Source: Dipteris shenzhenensis
Taxonomy: Eukaryota
Assembly (NCBI GenBank): GCA_047967505.1
Contig: CM106538.1
DNA: 64,000 nt
Reading direction: 5' to 3' (one strand)
Shown: piece after piece, positions 34,040-48,899 of the stretch
Position numbering within the stretch: the first letter of the stretch is position 1
How the letters are laid out: each line of letters starts with the position of its first letter
Made by a program: the position numbers and the translations under genes
The notes under the pieces: model-generated
The model's database searches: none
What the model saw: the letters and a program-made list of their open reading frames with translations, nothing else
Told to the model about the DNA's origin: nothing

Positions 34040-36945
34040 CAATATTAAAGTATAATTTTAAAATTTCAAAGGCACAGATGATGAAGGACCTTACAGTCAC
34101 TTGCAGAGCTTCGTGTGTGTCTGTCACATCAATGGTGCAACATTAGATGAGGAGTACATGGATTATGAGTGGATTATTTTCCATGCACCTAATAAAAAAT
34201 TCTCACGTGGTTGAATCAGTTCCCAATTGGATATTTCCCCAATTGGTATGCAACGTCTGAAGCATTTTGGCACAGGTATAGGTAAGAAATCAACAAAGAA
34301 GATGTCCAAATGATACTAAGTGAGTTGAAGCAAAACAAGGGAGAGTCCATCCAAGACTTCATGATTATAATGCGAGCTCTCATCAATAAATTGAGCAAGA
34401 TTCTAGATGACAAGTCTATGTGAACCTGGTTGCACCCAGATGCACTTGCACAAACTAGAGATAGTCACTCCGACTAAAAAGTATGAAGAATTGTTGGATT
34501 GAGCTATTGCTTTGGAAAGAGTGAAGGCTCAATGAAAAAAGCAAAGAGGAAAGATGCTAATAGTGATACCGATGAGATGCCAACAAAGAAACACAAAATC
34601 AAATCCGATTTGAAGAAGGCCTTAAAAGAATTAGGCATTCAAGGTAAGCCAGATAGCAATGAGAAATGGTGCAACAATTGTTCCAGAGGGGGACACGTGG
34701 AAGAGGAATTCAAGACTAAGTATTGCAACAATTGTACCAGAGGGGATACGTGGAAGAGAAATGCAAGACTAATTATTGCAAAACATGCACCAAGTTCAAG
34801 CATGATAAATCATAATGTTGGTTCAATGGTAAAAATCATCAAGTGTGAGCAAATCAAGTGGTGACTAATGCTGAATCATCAAGCGGTAAGCCACCACAAC
34901 CTGAGCACAAGGTTAAGGGTAAGAATGGTAAGAATAAAACTGACCCATCTATGATCAAGTGCTTCTATTGTGGAGAGAATCATTTATGTTCAGATTGTCC
35001 AATATGGGTTGAAGGTTGAACATTTGTAGTTTCTTAAGACTAACATGGAAAGAAAGGAATTAGATCCAGAATGCCGAGCAATTGTAGCCGAGCTACTAGA
35101 TGCAGTTGAGCTCAGGTCACTTGATCAAAAGGATCATAGCAACTACTAAAGACATGGAAGCTTAAGTACAGACATGAATTGGAAGGCTCAAAAGGACTTG
35201 GTAGCCAAGATTGCAAGGGAGCTGAAAGAAAAAGCTCTAGCAGTGGTGGAGATGCCCGAGCAGACTCACTAGTCTATTATCGAGTAAGGGGAATCCTCAC
35301 AATCTAAGGCAAATGCAACTGAACCTAGTTCTACACAAAAATATAGCATAGAGCTATCTCAAGCATGGAGATATTCAAGAACATGCAAGTCAGTTTGACA
35401 TTTGCCAAGTTAATGAGAATAGCTCTATACTGTCAAGATTTATTTACTCAGCACTGAGAAGATCAAGGAATAAACCGAGCAACCAAAAGTACATTCCTTA
35501 GCCACTATACCTATGATTGATACTCTGGTAGTTGATGAGGAAGTCCAAGTGATCACCATCAAGGTTAAGAAACAAACCATACTCGGAGTAATAGTGACAG
35601 TGGTTCAGGAGTGAATATCATTTTTAAAGAGATTTCTCAGAGATTAAAGTTTAAGTCATACAAGCCATCACTTTTCTGAGTACGTGGTAGATCAACTAGT
35701 TAACCAAAAGGTATGAACTTGCAAGATGTGGTCATTTCAATAGGCGGTATCTATTATACATTTAGCTTCATTGCGATTCCCATAGAAAAACATGCCTGTC
35801 CAATACTATTGGGATGATATTGGATGAAAAGTCAAAAGTACTCCATGATTTGGGTAAAAATAGATGATTATCAAGACCGATAGTCAAGATCTGTGTTACC
35901 AACAAATTCTTGGAAGGTTTCAAGTAGTTATCTCAATCGAAGAATTCAAAGGTCACAGATCCATTTCCTCCAGGATGTTGAGTCATGATTGATGGAGTTA
36001 CAAATCCCACCTATGAATGAGTTTGATATTCTCCAAGTGGTTGCAGGCATCAAACAATGCCAATAGAACACCTACCGAGTACAATTATAGTACTATTGAG
36101 TGAAAAGCTTTGGGAATGCTGTTTAGTGTGCAGAAAGTAAGGCATTATCTACTTGGTAATCCTTTAAAGTTCTATGTCTATCATCAAGCCTTGCTTTATC
36201 TTATCAACAAGACTGTTATTCAAGGATGTCTTGCCTGTTGGATGCTTGTGCTTCAAGAGTTCAACTTAAAATCATTCACAAACTTGGCAAGGGCTGACTG
36301 TTTGTCTAGGCTACCTACACCTAACGATACACAAGGAGTTGCTACTGAATTTCCGGATACTAAACTATTTGTAGTGGACTATTATGAGCATGAGTATACC
36401 AAGTTCTTCGGGCGAGGGGGGGTGCACTTATAAATATGTAAGCATAGCACATAGGCTCAACAAAAGGTACTTTTTAAATCCCCTTTTGACATATTTTCCA
36501 CATACAAAAGGGTATCATATAAAGGGGGTATTCATAGATTGAATAGAAAAAGTGTGTGCTATATTCATGATAAATGTACAAGTAAGGGGTTTTACAACTA
36601 GTCCTTGAATGCAGGTGATATAAAGGGTCTATATATAGTGACCCCCCCTGAGACTAAGTTGATATTTGTCTAAGAGCATGCTTTCTCATACAATGCCTCG
36701 AGATAAGAGTAGAAAACTGGCCTTGAAGGCTTAGAAATATGCCTTGATAAGTGAATGATCAATGGACAACTGTATCAACAATGTGTAGATGGAATTCTTT
36801 GCAGATGGGTTTTACCATATGAGCCTGCTATGTTGTGTTGTAGGAAGCTCACTTGGTTCCATTAGGTGGACACTTTTAGGGGGAGTTAACCATCACTAGG
36901 AAAGCCTTGCAACAAGCAAGTTTGTGGTAGGAAACCTTGTTCAAA
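34040..36945 (+). mobile_element. Decayed Ty3/gypsy internal region (gag, protease, RNase H, integrase N-terminus; RT not seen)
   Basis: gag-like region with duplicated CNNCSRGGHVEEE knuckle (34670-34765), DSGSGVNII at ~35596, RNase H KALGMLFSVQKVRHYLLG..HQALLYL (36100-36330), EAH..GGHF at ~36844. Confidence 0.85.
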
Positions 36946-36948
36946 TTA

Positions 36949-39900
36949 TGAAGAGAGTAGGAGAGAAGGAAGGAGTCTCACTTGCAGCTTTCTCACATAC
37001 ACAATGGGGGAATATAAACAAAGGTGGAGGCTGCAAACAGTTTTCCTCTTCTTAGCCGTGAAAGCCAAAAGAACTCTAAGTACAAAAGAATAGGTAAACC
37101 CTATATGTGGGTCTCAAACCAAACTCAGCTAACTAAGGTGGCATACTAACTGAGCCACTAACTAGAGTACATAAAGATAGCTGTCATCTAGCTATTATTC
37201 ATGGGCAGTGTACGAACCGCATCTGCAGCTAACAAGTCGGTGATATAAATGTACAACGGTCACCCCGGCATATCATGAGTGGAGCTTGATATCTCAACAC
37301 TCCCCCTCGAGCTCAATCCCAATTCCTGCACACCAAGTAGGTCTCTGAATTGTGCAGCTTCTCTGCACCCAATGACTTCATGAATATATCAGCTACCTGA
37401 TCCTCTGTGCTGACATAAACTAGATCAATAAAACCTACTAGAACCTTCTCTTGCACATAGTGATAATGCACCTCAATGTGCTTAATTCTAGCATGATGGA
37501 CTGGGTTATTTGCCAAGTGTATACTACTCACGTTGTGACAATAAATGACAACTGGCCCATCTATAGACTGATGCATATCATAAAGTAGCTTATGCAACCA
37601 AGCTACCTCACATGCAGCCATTGTTGCACCCCTGTACTCAGCCTTTGTGCTCGACAAGGCAATTGTAGGCTGTTTCTTGCTGCTCCAAGTGACTGGAGCA
37701 CTCCCAAAAGAGAACATATATCTACTTGTAGATTATCTGTTAGAAATACTACCAGCCTAATTAGCATCAGTATATTCATGCAACTGTATCTGAACCCAAG
37801 TCTCATAAAATAGTCCATACTGCAATGTGGACTTCACATACCTCAGTATGCATCTAGCTGCATCCAAATGCAGTTTCCTTGGAGCCTGCATAAACTGACT
37901 TATCAACCCAATAGCATAGCTCAAATTCGGCTTGGTAATAGTCATATAAATCAAACTTCATACTATGCATCTGTACATAGTAGGATCTTCCAGAAGCTCA
38001 CTTGCATCTGCGCTCAACTTCATATTGTGCTCCAAAGGAATTGAAATAGGCTTACAGCCTGTCATCCCATATTTGGACAGCATGTCCAATCCATACTGCC
38101 TCTACAAGAGCCATCTCCCACTTGTGGATCCAATCACCTCAAGGCCCAAGAAGTAACGTAGCTCTCCCAAATCCTTCATCTCAAACTTTGCTTCAATAGC
38201 ATTTTCACATGAAGGATATCTTCATCACTATCACCTGTGATGATCAAATCATCAACATAAATGACAAGCATAATAATGCCTTTCTCTGTTTTTCTCACAT
38301 AAAGTGAGAAACCTACCTTGGAAATTTGAAAGCCAATAGTGACAAGATACTGTCCTATCTTGTCAGACCATGCTATGGGTGCTTGCTTCAAGCCATACAA
38401 GGCTTTCTTCAACCTGTAAACAAACTCATGATGAACAGCATGAACATAACCTAGTGGCTACTCCATATAGACCACTTGTTGCAAATCACCATGTAAGAAG
38501 GCATTCTTTACATCCATCTGATGTAAAGACCATCCCTTTGATGTAGCCATAGCAATGACTACTCTTACGGTTGCCATCCTTGCAACCGGACTGAATGTTT
38601 CTTCATAATCAATGCCATATGTCTGTGCATACCCCTTGACAACTAGTCTTGCCTTGTATCTATTGATAAAACCATCTGCATTATGCTTCACCTTATAAAC
38701 CCACTTGTAGCCAATTGCATTCTTGTCTTTAGGTAAGGGCACCAATTCCCATGTAGCATTTTCTTCCAAGGCATCCATTTCTTCATCCATGGCTTTCTCC
38801 CATTTTTCTTTTCCCATGGTTTGCTCAAAAGAAGTGGGTTCTGGTTCATGTATCACTTTGACCAGATAGGCATAGTGAATGGCTATAAATCCATCATATT
38901 TCAGCTTATCCATAGGATACCTAGCTTTGGTAGACCTACGCAAAATGGGCTCACTATGAGGTGCTCTCAAAACATCCCTTGACTTCCTTACTCCAGGTGT
39001 AACAACAAAAGAAATACCCAACTCATCATCAAGGCTCTGTTATGAGCCACTGGTCCTGGACTGACCATCCACATAAGAGTGACCTGCATTCACATCAACC
39101 ATGGGATGATCTACTTTCTCTCTTCTTTTTGTGATACTTGCATACCACTATCTGCATTGCTTTGAGGAGATCCTCGTGATCTCAATCTGCCTCTCCATGG
39201 TGAAGTATGTGAACCACTGCTAGAGGACACTACATGCCCACTAATATTTTGTGATTACTACTGTGAATTCTGTGTAGCATTACCATTTTGTGAATCTACA
39301 TCATCAATCACATTTACTGGTTTATACCAGCTTCTCATCTCATCAAAAACAACATCTATACTCACTGTAAACTTACAAGTAGAAGGGTTATAGCATCTAT
39401 ACCCTTTCTGATGTAGAGAATAACTAATAAAGATGCACTTCTCAGCTATTAGATCTCAACTCATCTGGCACATAAACATAGGCAATGCAACCAAAATCTT
39501 TCAAATGAGAAATATCTAGTTTCCTACCAGTATAGCTCTCCTCTAGCATCATGCCATGTATTGTTGCAGTGGGAGTCCTATTCATTATGTAGACTACTGT
39601 AGCAACTACTTCAGCCCAATAATAATCTGGCAGGTCTTTTTCGTTGAGCATGGCATGAGATACCTCTCCAATATGCGTGCTTTTCCTTTCATTAAGTCCA
39701 TTTTGTTGTGGGGTATGACTGCATGAATATTGCTGCTTTATGCCATGCTCCTGCAGGAAATTTGCAAACTCATTTGAGAGGTACTCTCCCCCTCCATGTG
39801 ACCTTAGGCATTTTATTTGCAGGCCTGTTTCTTTTTCAACCATAGCTTTAAAAGCTTTGAAATGCCCAAACACTTCACTTTTCTTTTTCATAAAATACAC

Positions 39901-41265
39901 CCAAACTTTTCTACTGTAGTCATCAATAAAAGTGATAAAATAATGATAGCCTCCAATAGATGCAACTTTAGTAGTCCACACATCAGAGTGGATTAATTCC
40001 AATGGCCTTTTACTCTCTCGAACATGTCTAGGAAATGGTTTCCTTGCCCGTTTTCCCAATTGACAAGCTTCACATACCTTATGCATTTTTGCAACCTTGA
40101 ACTTAGGCAATCCTACAACAATATTTTGGGCTTGCATTAATTGAAGTCGTTGTACATTAACATCACCAATGCGTTTATGCTAGATATCAATATCTGCAAA
40201 TACATTGGTCCCATGTGCAAACATTGTTGCACTCAATTCAAGCATGTTTGCATCCAATGTAAACATCCTACCCTTCTGCTTCCCTTTCGCTATCAAGCGA
40301 CATTTATTTTTCATATCCTCAACAAAGCATCCATGAGGATTAAATCTGACCTGCAAGCCCTGCTCAACCATTTGACCAACAGAAACTAGGTTCTTGGTGA
40401 TATTCAGGACATGAAATACATCAGACATGTATTTCTTTTTTCCATCCTGCATAGACAAATGAATTTTACCAATCTGCACAATAGGATGTGTAGTATCATC
40501 ACCAGTCTCCACAAATCATGGTCTTTCCATTTTCCTTGCATCCTGCATCCATTCTGCATGACCTGTCATGTGCTTTGACACACTTGAGACAACATACCAC
40601 ACATAATTACTTTCTTCTACACTTGTCACAGAATTGCTCATGTGTTGCACCATAAACAGATGCTCATTTCTGTCATCACCCTGTCTACTAGAGGATGCAT
40701 AATTGCCTTGCTATAATTTTTTAGTCATGATGTCATTCTACTTTTTATAGCAGTCTTTAACCATATGAACCATTTTACCACAGTAGTAGCATTCAAAGTT
40801 ATTGTTTGCATTTTGGCCTCTCTACCATCCACCATGACCTTTTTGCCTCCCCCTGCCTCTAAAGTTACCATGTCCTCCTCCATAGGATTGGTTTTATTGA
40901 ATTTGCTGCATATTCTGATTTCTTCCACGGCCTCCAAATTGGCCTGCTCTACCTCTTCTAGCATTTGAGTAGAGGATAGATTCTTTTGAAGTTCCTCCTA
41001 AAGAAGATGCACCACCATTTCTCTGCTCTTCAGAAATTAGAAGAGCAATCAACTCCTCAAAATCAGGAAAATTCTCACGGATGACAATGTATGTCCAAAA
41101 TTGTACATAATCCTTTCCTAGACCATTTGAGGTCATAGAAACTAAATCATCATCTTCCACTGGTGGCCCAATAGAAGCAAGTGCATCTGCAATCTTCTTC
41201 ACCTTCATGTGGTAGTCATTGATGCTCATATTTTCTCTCTGCACATTATGCAACTCCTGCTTGCG
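36949..41265 (-). mobile_element. 5'-truncated Ty1/copia element with all pol domains decayed
   Basis: gag 40894-41253, integrase HSDVW/FIDDYSRKVWVYFMK (39442-40137), [35 protein letters not shown] (37757-38830), RNase H 37313-37717, PPT 37300-37308, 3' LTR ~36949-37299. Confidence 0.95.
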
Positions 41266-41304
41266 AAGTACTCATCAACACATTTTCATCACACTCACAG
41301 ATGC

Positions 41305-41562
41305 TGTTTTTATTGATGAGGGTGTCTTGAAAGCTTGGCTTGATAATTGTATGCTCATTCAATCTGTACATTCCCTAATGCACTAGCATGCCACACCATA
41401 CAAACTTTATGTTTCCAAATACCGAATACATATTGTTTTTATTGATGAGGGTGTCTTGAAAGCTTGGCTTGATAATTGTATGCTCATTCAATCTGTACAT
41501 TCCCTAATGCACTAGCATGCCACACCATACAAACTTTATGTTTCCAAATACCGAATACATAT
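41305..41562. repeat. Apparently perfect tandem duplication, 129-bp period
   Basis: TGTTTTTATTGATGAGGGTG...CCGAATACATAT at 41305 and 41434. Confidence 0.95.
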
Positions 41563-42940
41563 CTACCTCACAATAAACAAAATGACTTACAAGTTCATTC
41601 TCTACAAGCCTGCTAGCAATGCAATTTTAGAGGTGCACTATGGGTCTATCACTGTGCACTGATAACTTTTATGTGCCTTGACTATGTCTCCATGTATGCT
41701 TAAGAAATCAGCTGCATCCAAGTACTGGTATGGTGGTTGCCGTCCCAATCATAAAAAATTATCCTAAACATAAAATTGCACTCTTTTCTAGTTGCCACCT
41801 CCTTTTCAAATTTAGTTTCCACCTCTCTCCATAGAGCACTCCAGGAATATCTTATCTCATTAGAGACCAATGTCTACTCTCCATTGGATTTGCACAGAGA
41901 GACAATAAAAAACCTTTATCAAACATATATTCTTTATATTGAAAAGGGTCTAAAGGCTAGCGACATGCATCCTAAGACCTCTCACACAAGCGTATGGAAT
42001 TAATGGCACAATTAAATCCATGGACATTCATCTAAACTAAGCAACTTGGTCCTCATATGAGCTAGGTGGGATCCAAGTGTGAGATTCGAAAGGGATGAAA
42101 TGACCCCCAACTAGGTAGTGTGGTCATCCAAAGAGGATTGAACCAAATTCATTAATTATCTAACCCACGTATGATGCCTAAATATCTTACTTCATACCAT
42201 TTCCATTTAAGATATATTGATAACAAAGTACCAAATTACAAATTTAAGTATTTCAAGAACAAACTAGTTTGGTTGTGAGAACTCATAGCACTTTGTGAGC
42301 ACTAACTTTTTAGGCTACTAGAGTAGTTTAGCTTATAGTAATGAGCTCATCTTGCAGGCATACAAATATGTGCAATAGTTTAAACTTCTACTTACATTGC
42401 TAGAACAAGGGTGGTGAAGACAAGAGTGGAGATGGAGGATGAGAGTAAAGATGGAGGTGGAGACAATGGGGGGATGGATGGTGAAGATGAGAGTGGAGAC
42501 AGAGGATAAGGGTTGGTGAACTATGTATTTATCTGCATGCATAGTCCTTGTTAAGCAAAAATAAACACTAGTTGAAGAGAGATAATGAGGGGGAGATATA
42601 GGTTGGGCCCTAGGGACAAAGCATGAGGATGAATGAACTCTATTTTCGATAGCATGCAGAGTCCCATTAAGTATAAGTATCCACTAGGTTTGTACTATTC
42701 TATCTACAAATAATAGGTTGCATTAGTCCTCTTTTAGCCATGTGGCCTTAGTTAGGCACCACAATGTAGTGATTAGATTGAGGAAAACACTACAATGGAC
42801 CCTAATGGACCCAAGATTCAGCCCTTCATGAATGATATCCACGTGGAACCCTTGTGGCTTATGCTCATGCATGCACTTCATGCAAACTCCTTCTAGACCA
42901 CTGTGCTTGTCGTTGTCATGCATGCACTCCATGTGAAATC

Positions 42941-43125
42941 CTTCTCTCTCTCTCTCTCTCTCTCTCCCTCCATCCCTCCCTCCCTCCCTCCCCAAGTACC
43001 ATTACATCCCCCCCCTCCATAGCCACAACCATACCATCCTCTAAATCCGTCACAACCATGGCATCCTCTACATCCATTGCATCCCCTACATCCATGACAT
43101 CAACAATTACATCCACAGCCACAAC
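42941..43125. repeat. (CT)n microsatellite followed by CCA/CAT-rich low-complexity tract
   Basis: (CT)n ~42943-42967, CCCT repeats, (ACATCC)-like units that resume after 48699. Confidence 0.8.
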
Positions 43126-46100
43126 TGAGAGTGCTCTCAATAGAAGCAGATTGGAAGAGGGAGAGAGAGAAATAGAGAGCCACACAAGTTTTTGGTGGGT
43201 GTAGAACACCCTAATCTTCTTTTTTCATTCATTTATATATGTGTTTGAGTATTGTACATAACTAGGGTAAAGGCACAGTGACCTTTAGCCCCCACAACCT
43301 CCCACTTAAAGGACAATGTGCCTTTAAGGGAGAAAAACCAATGAGCATACTATCTAATGCCCATCAATACATGACAATACTTAAACCACTGACTAGGTAG
43401 ACTCTTCGTCAGCATATCTATAGGGTTATCATCTATATGAATCTTGACAAGCTCTACATGCGCTTGTCCTCAAGTACCTCCCTGATGAAATGGTACCTGA
43501 CCTCAATGTGTTTGGTCTTTGCATGATCGGATGGGATTCCATGCTAGTTGAATAGCACTCATGGAATCACTATGCAATGTTGCTACACCTATATGAATCC
43601 CCAAATCTCCCACTAGCCAATCAAGCCATATAGCCTCCTTGCAACCCTCTGTGGCAACAACATATGCAACCTCTGTGGTAGACAAAGCAATGCACTTCTA
43701 TGTGCGAGACATCCACGACACCACCACCTGCAAAGGTGAACACATAACCAGAAGTGGATCTCCTACTATCCACATGCCCTGCATAGTTTGAATCTATGTA
43801 CCCAAGTACATGCATGTCTCCTCCACCAAAGCAGATGCACATCTCCTTGGTACCCTTCATGTACCTCATGATGCACTTAACTACCTCCCAATGCCTCTTT
43901 CCTAGATTAGCTCCATATACCGGCTAACAATTCCCACTGCAAATGCAATGTCTGGTCTAGTAGCTATCATAGCATACATAAGATTCCCAACCGCTGATGC
44001 ATAAGGAACCTTGGCCATCATGGCATCTAATTTGGGACTATCTGCATGACTCAGTTTCACATATGGAGGCAATGGAGTACTCACTGCCTTCCCCCCCTCC
44101 ATATTGAAATGCTGCAATACTTTTGTAACATACTCCTTCTATGAAAGCCAAAGGAGTTTCCTACTCCGATCACGCGTGATGCACATACCAAGAATATGAT
44201 TGCAAGTCCCAAATCCTTCATATCAAACGGCTCATGCAACTTGACCTTTAATGCATCTAGCTCATAAGTATTCTTGCTAGCCAATAACATATCATCCACA
44301 TATACTACCAGGTATGAGGCTATTATCCTTAGCCATTTTAGTGTAGAGGCAGTGATCAATTTTACTCCTTCTAAAGCCCTGGGACCAAATGAAAGCATCA
44401 AACTTCTTATACCATTCTCTAGGCGCTTGCTTAAGACCATAGAGACTCTTCTTCAGCTTGCAAACCAAATTCTCTTTGCCCTTTTCTTCAAAGCCTTCCA
44501 ACTGCACCATGTAAATTTCCTCATGCAGATCCCCATGCAAGAAAGCTGTCTTGACATCCATCTGCATAAGCTCCATATCCTCTGTTGCCACTGGTCCAAG
44601 CATGCATCTACGGTCATCTTCACAATTGAAGAGAATATCTCATCAAAGTCCACACCCTTCTCTTGCTTGAACCCTTTAGCGACCAAACGGGCCTTGTACC
44701 TAGGCATATCATCACCTGCGACCTTCATCTTGTAGACCCATTTACATGGCAATGCTTTCTTTACATGTGGCAAAGAAACCAAGTCCCAAGTCTTATTCTT
44801 CATAAGTGAACTCATCTCTAATTGCATAGCATGCTCCCACTTGCATTGATCCTCGTGCATCATAGCCTCTCTATAGCAAGAAGGTTCCTCGCAATTAGTT
44901 AGCATCACATAGTCTACCCCTGTGGGAGTACTTGATGGTACCATTTCTTGCACATTTGGTGCATGGATAGCTTACTGTCTATCAACATATGCACGTGGAT
45001 TCACATCCTGGAAAGTGATTCTCCTCATTTCCACATCCCTCATGGGCGCCTTATGCATCTTCTTCTCATTGAAGACTACATCATGGCTATGTATGATCTT
45101 CTTTGCTTCTGGATCCCAGAGATGATAGCCCATCTCTCCACTTTCACCATAACCCAGAAAGATGCATTTCCTAGACTTAGGATCTAGCTTCTTTCGAAGC
45201 TCTTTTGGCACATGTGCATATGCCTCACACCCAATTATACACAAATGAGAGTAAGAGGGCTTCTGGTCACTCCATGCCTCTTTAGGAATACCACCATCCA
45301 AACTCTTACTAAGTGATCTATTGATCACATGCACTGCAATCTTCATTGCCTCAGCCCAAAAACCACTAGAAAGACTTGCATTGGAAAGCATGCATTGGAA
45401 CCTTTCTTGAATGGTATGGTTCATCTTTTCTGCAACTGGACTTTTCTCTGGAGTACGAGGGGATGCAAGCTCCCTCTTAATCCCACGTGTATCACAGAAA
45501 TGCTGAAAGTCATGAGAGAGATACTCTCCACCATTGTCAATCCGTAGGCATTTAAGCGTTCTACCTGATTGATTCTCAACCAAGGCCAACCATTTCTAAA
45601 ATACCTGGAACACATCACTCTTCTGAGCTATAGCATAAGCCCACACTCTCCTAGTTGCATCATCAATGAATGTCACATAGTATTCAGCCCCGCCTAATGA
45701 TCGAGTAGGCATGGGACCACATACGTCTGAATGCACCAAATCAAGCATTTCAAACTCTTTCTTTCCCCTTATTTTATGGGTTGATTTAGTCTGCTTCCCA
45801 TAGAGACAATGCCCACAAAATTCAAAATTAGAGAAACTTAAATGCGGTACATAACCCAAATGGCATAAGAGTTTCATCCCATTTTGGCTCATATGGCCCA
45901 ACCGGCAATGCCATAAAGAAGTGCTTGGCTGCTCAGTTATTGCAACAACATGATCAAACACCCCTGATACATGCAAGGGATACAAAGTCCCATACTTGGC
46001 ACCCCTGGCAGATGCACACAACCTGTCTTTCCACTATCATAAGTGGAGAACCATTCCCTATGGGGAGTAACATGGAATGAAGCACCAGAATCCAAAATCC

Positions 46101-48694
46101 AATCCTAAGAATATGCATCACATCTGAAGTGGTAAGCAACTTTGCAGATAAACTAGACATGAAGAGAATGTCATTGTCACTATCATGTGTGACTGCACTG
46201 ATCTCCTTGATCTTCACTTTTCCTTTGTCCTCCCTTGGACTCTCTTCCTTCTGATTTGCACCCCAATTTGCATTCTTTTTCTTATCCTTTTTCTCTCTTT
46301 TAAGCTTGTAGCAATCCTTTTTCATGTGGCCCTTCTTGCCACAATAGTGACACTCAATGTTCTATGCCTTGGACTTGCTACGGGACTTCCCTCTTTCTTG
46401 AAACTTCCCCCTGGACTGTGATCTTTCACTTTGCACATTTAAGGTTACATCCTACTTGTTGCCTTCCATTGAATTTTGTCTAATCTCCTCGACCAACAAG
46501 ATACCAACCACATCATCAAAGTTCAATACTCCACCAGGTGCAGAGTTACTGATAGCAGTACAGAAAGCATCCCATGAGGATGCTAATGAGCATAAGAGAA
46601 ATATTACCCTTATTTCCACATCGAAATTCAGCTTTTGAGCTTGAAGCTGACTGAAAATGATATTAAATTCATTCAAGTGCAAAGCTATGTATACTGCCTC
46701 CTTCATGTGCAGCTCAAACAATCTCTTCATGAGATAGACTTTGTTTGAGGCAGTCTCTTTCTCATATGTAGCACACAGCTTTTCCCATAAAGCTTCCGTA
46801 GTCTTTTCACTAACTACTGTGAAATAAATTGTCTCCCCAAGATGAATTCTAATGGTAGACTTTGCCAATGCATCCAACTCATTCCATTCATTTGTGGACA
46901 TAGCTATAGGCTTAGCTGCAATCCCTTGCAAGGGCTTTATCTGCTTCTTTTGAATAAGCACATCCCTTATCTATTCTTTCCACAAAAAAAGTTTGTCCCA
47001 TCAAACTTTTTAATGCTAAAAAACTCCTTTTCAGACATGGAAAAGGATGCCATGATGCAAATAAAGCAAAATCCCAAATGCTAGTGCCTGCAAGAAAGAA
47101 TCACACCAAATACCACGTGCATCCAAATGTCTATGCCACAATAGAGTGAAATATCACCAAAACTCAAAGCTCAAAGCATCAAAAGATACAATTGACTCAT
47201 GTGCATGTACTATGCATCCATATGAGCAAATCTGGCCCAAAAGAAAATACCAACTACAATGGCAATCCAAAATGCCAATAAGTGCCAAATGGCTCAAGCA
47301 TAAACACCATCCATGGGCATATGCATCAACAATATCTCATCCAAGAGAGCATATCACTATCAGTGCATCAAGTGCAATGTGTTAAAGCTGTCCCTCATCA
47401 TAAAATAACATCCATGTGCAAAGCGTCCATAAAAATAGCATCCCACAAGGCAATTTGGGTCTATGAGCGCATCCAATAAGGATTGCAATGCATCCAAATG
47501 GCCTATAAATTATCCATTACAACCCAATGCACACCACGAATGATTGGACACAGCTCTAACTATAACCAAAGTGATTTGCATAAGGTATGCTCAAGAAATC
47601 ATGGTCCCACAACAATGACTGCTACTGAAAATAGAACCTACGCTGCCTCAAAACATGGGTGCCATTGCATAATCGGACTCAGCAGGACAATTTGCAAATA
47701 TCTCTCTTTTGCTGGAACTCCAAAATCCCAACCGATGAGTGAGAAATGGGAGTCAACACTTATCCACTACCATGTGACATAAATCTAAGGTTTCAAAACC
47801 TTAGAATGAAAATTGCATAACAGAGAGATGAAATCAAATACACAGAGATCTATAACTATGAAAATACTCCATCGAATTGTGCAAGAACTGACAGATAGGG
47901 CTTTTAGGCATCCAGAATGCAGTGGGACAAATGGTTTTGGAAACCTTGGTCCCAATCATTGGTGGGTCCAACACACAGACTGAAAAACGTTTTTGGAAAC
48001 TGAACTATTTGTAAACTCCATCAGCGTGCGAATGATGAGAAACATCGAAGTTTTAGGACCTCCTGAGTCCACCGGAGTTGATAGATCTGCAAATGGTTGC
48101 TCCAAACTTGAGTTCCAACACCTCGGTAGAAAAACATTGAAACTGACATAGTGAGTAAAAAATCCAACGAAATGATCCCAAATTCAAAAACGAAGGTGTT
48201 TCCAAGATCTTGAAGTGAAATGGACACCAAAAGCAGGCAATGGTTGCCTCTACAAGCTAATACAGAGTCTCTGTCGTCGAACAGAACAGGGAGAAGCTAA
48301 AAAAACGACTTTTTCTTTGAAAACACTTAACAGGCTCTCAAAACCACTTCGCAAAACCAAAGTGACTTTTCCAAAGGTTCCTTCAAGGTCTCTGCAGACT
48401 CAGATGCAAGTAAAGTCACCCACAAAGCTTCCCACAGAGCTTTAGATCCTTCCTCCCACAAAGCTACTGAGCTTCTAGGCATTCACACACACTCAGCTAG
48501 ATCACCTAGGCTCTGATACCAGTTGAGAGTGCTCTCAATGGAAACAAAACGGAAGAGGGAAAGAGAGAAACAGAGAGCCACACAAGTTTTTAGTGGGTGC
48601 AGAACACCCTAATCTTCTTTTTTCATTCATTTAAATATGTGTTTGAGTATTGTACATAATTGGGGTAAAGGCATAGTGAACTTTAACTCCCACA
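43126..48694 (-). mobile_element. Full-length decayed Ty1/copia element, Tnt1/Tork-like
   Basis: 171-bp LTRs 48524-48694 and 43126-43296 (~16 mismatches by eye), PBS at 48510-48521, ~1.4-kb leader, gag EWNELDALAKSTIRIHL, IN HSDVCGP/FIDDATR, RT QMDVKTAFLHGDL/YVDDML, RNase H RSTSGYVF; near-TSD ACAAC/AGAAC. Confidence 0.96.
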
Positions 48695-48899
48695 AGAACC
48701 ACTACATCCACTGACTTACATTCTGAAATTAATTGCACATCCCCCAAAGAGGCCACATCATGATTTCACACCTTTTGCATATCCTTGCACACAACTAGAT
48801 AGGTTTCCCTCTCCTTTGTATGAGTTCACCCATATCTTCAACCACAACCCCCTCACCTTTACCAATAGCCACACCACCAAACAAAATGCTGAACTGATG

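Noticed and set aside
42723-43209. Ser/Thr-rich and Val/Asp-rich ORFs
   Set aside because: Products of microsatellite and low-complexity sequence running into an LTR
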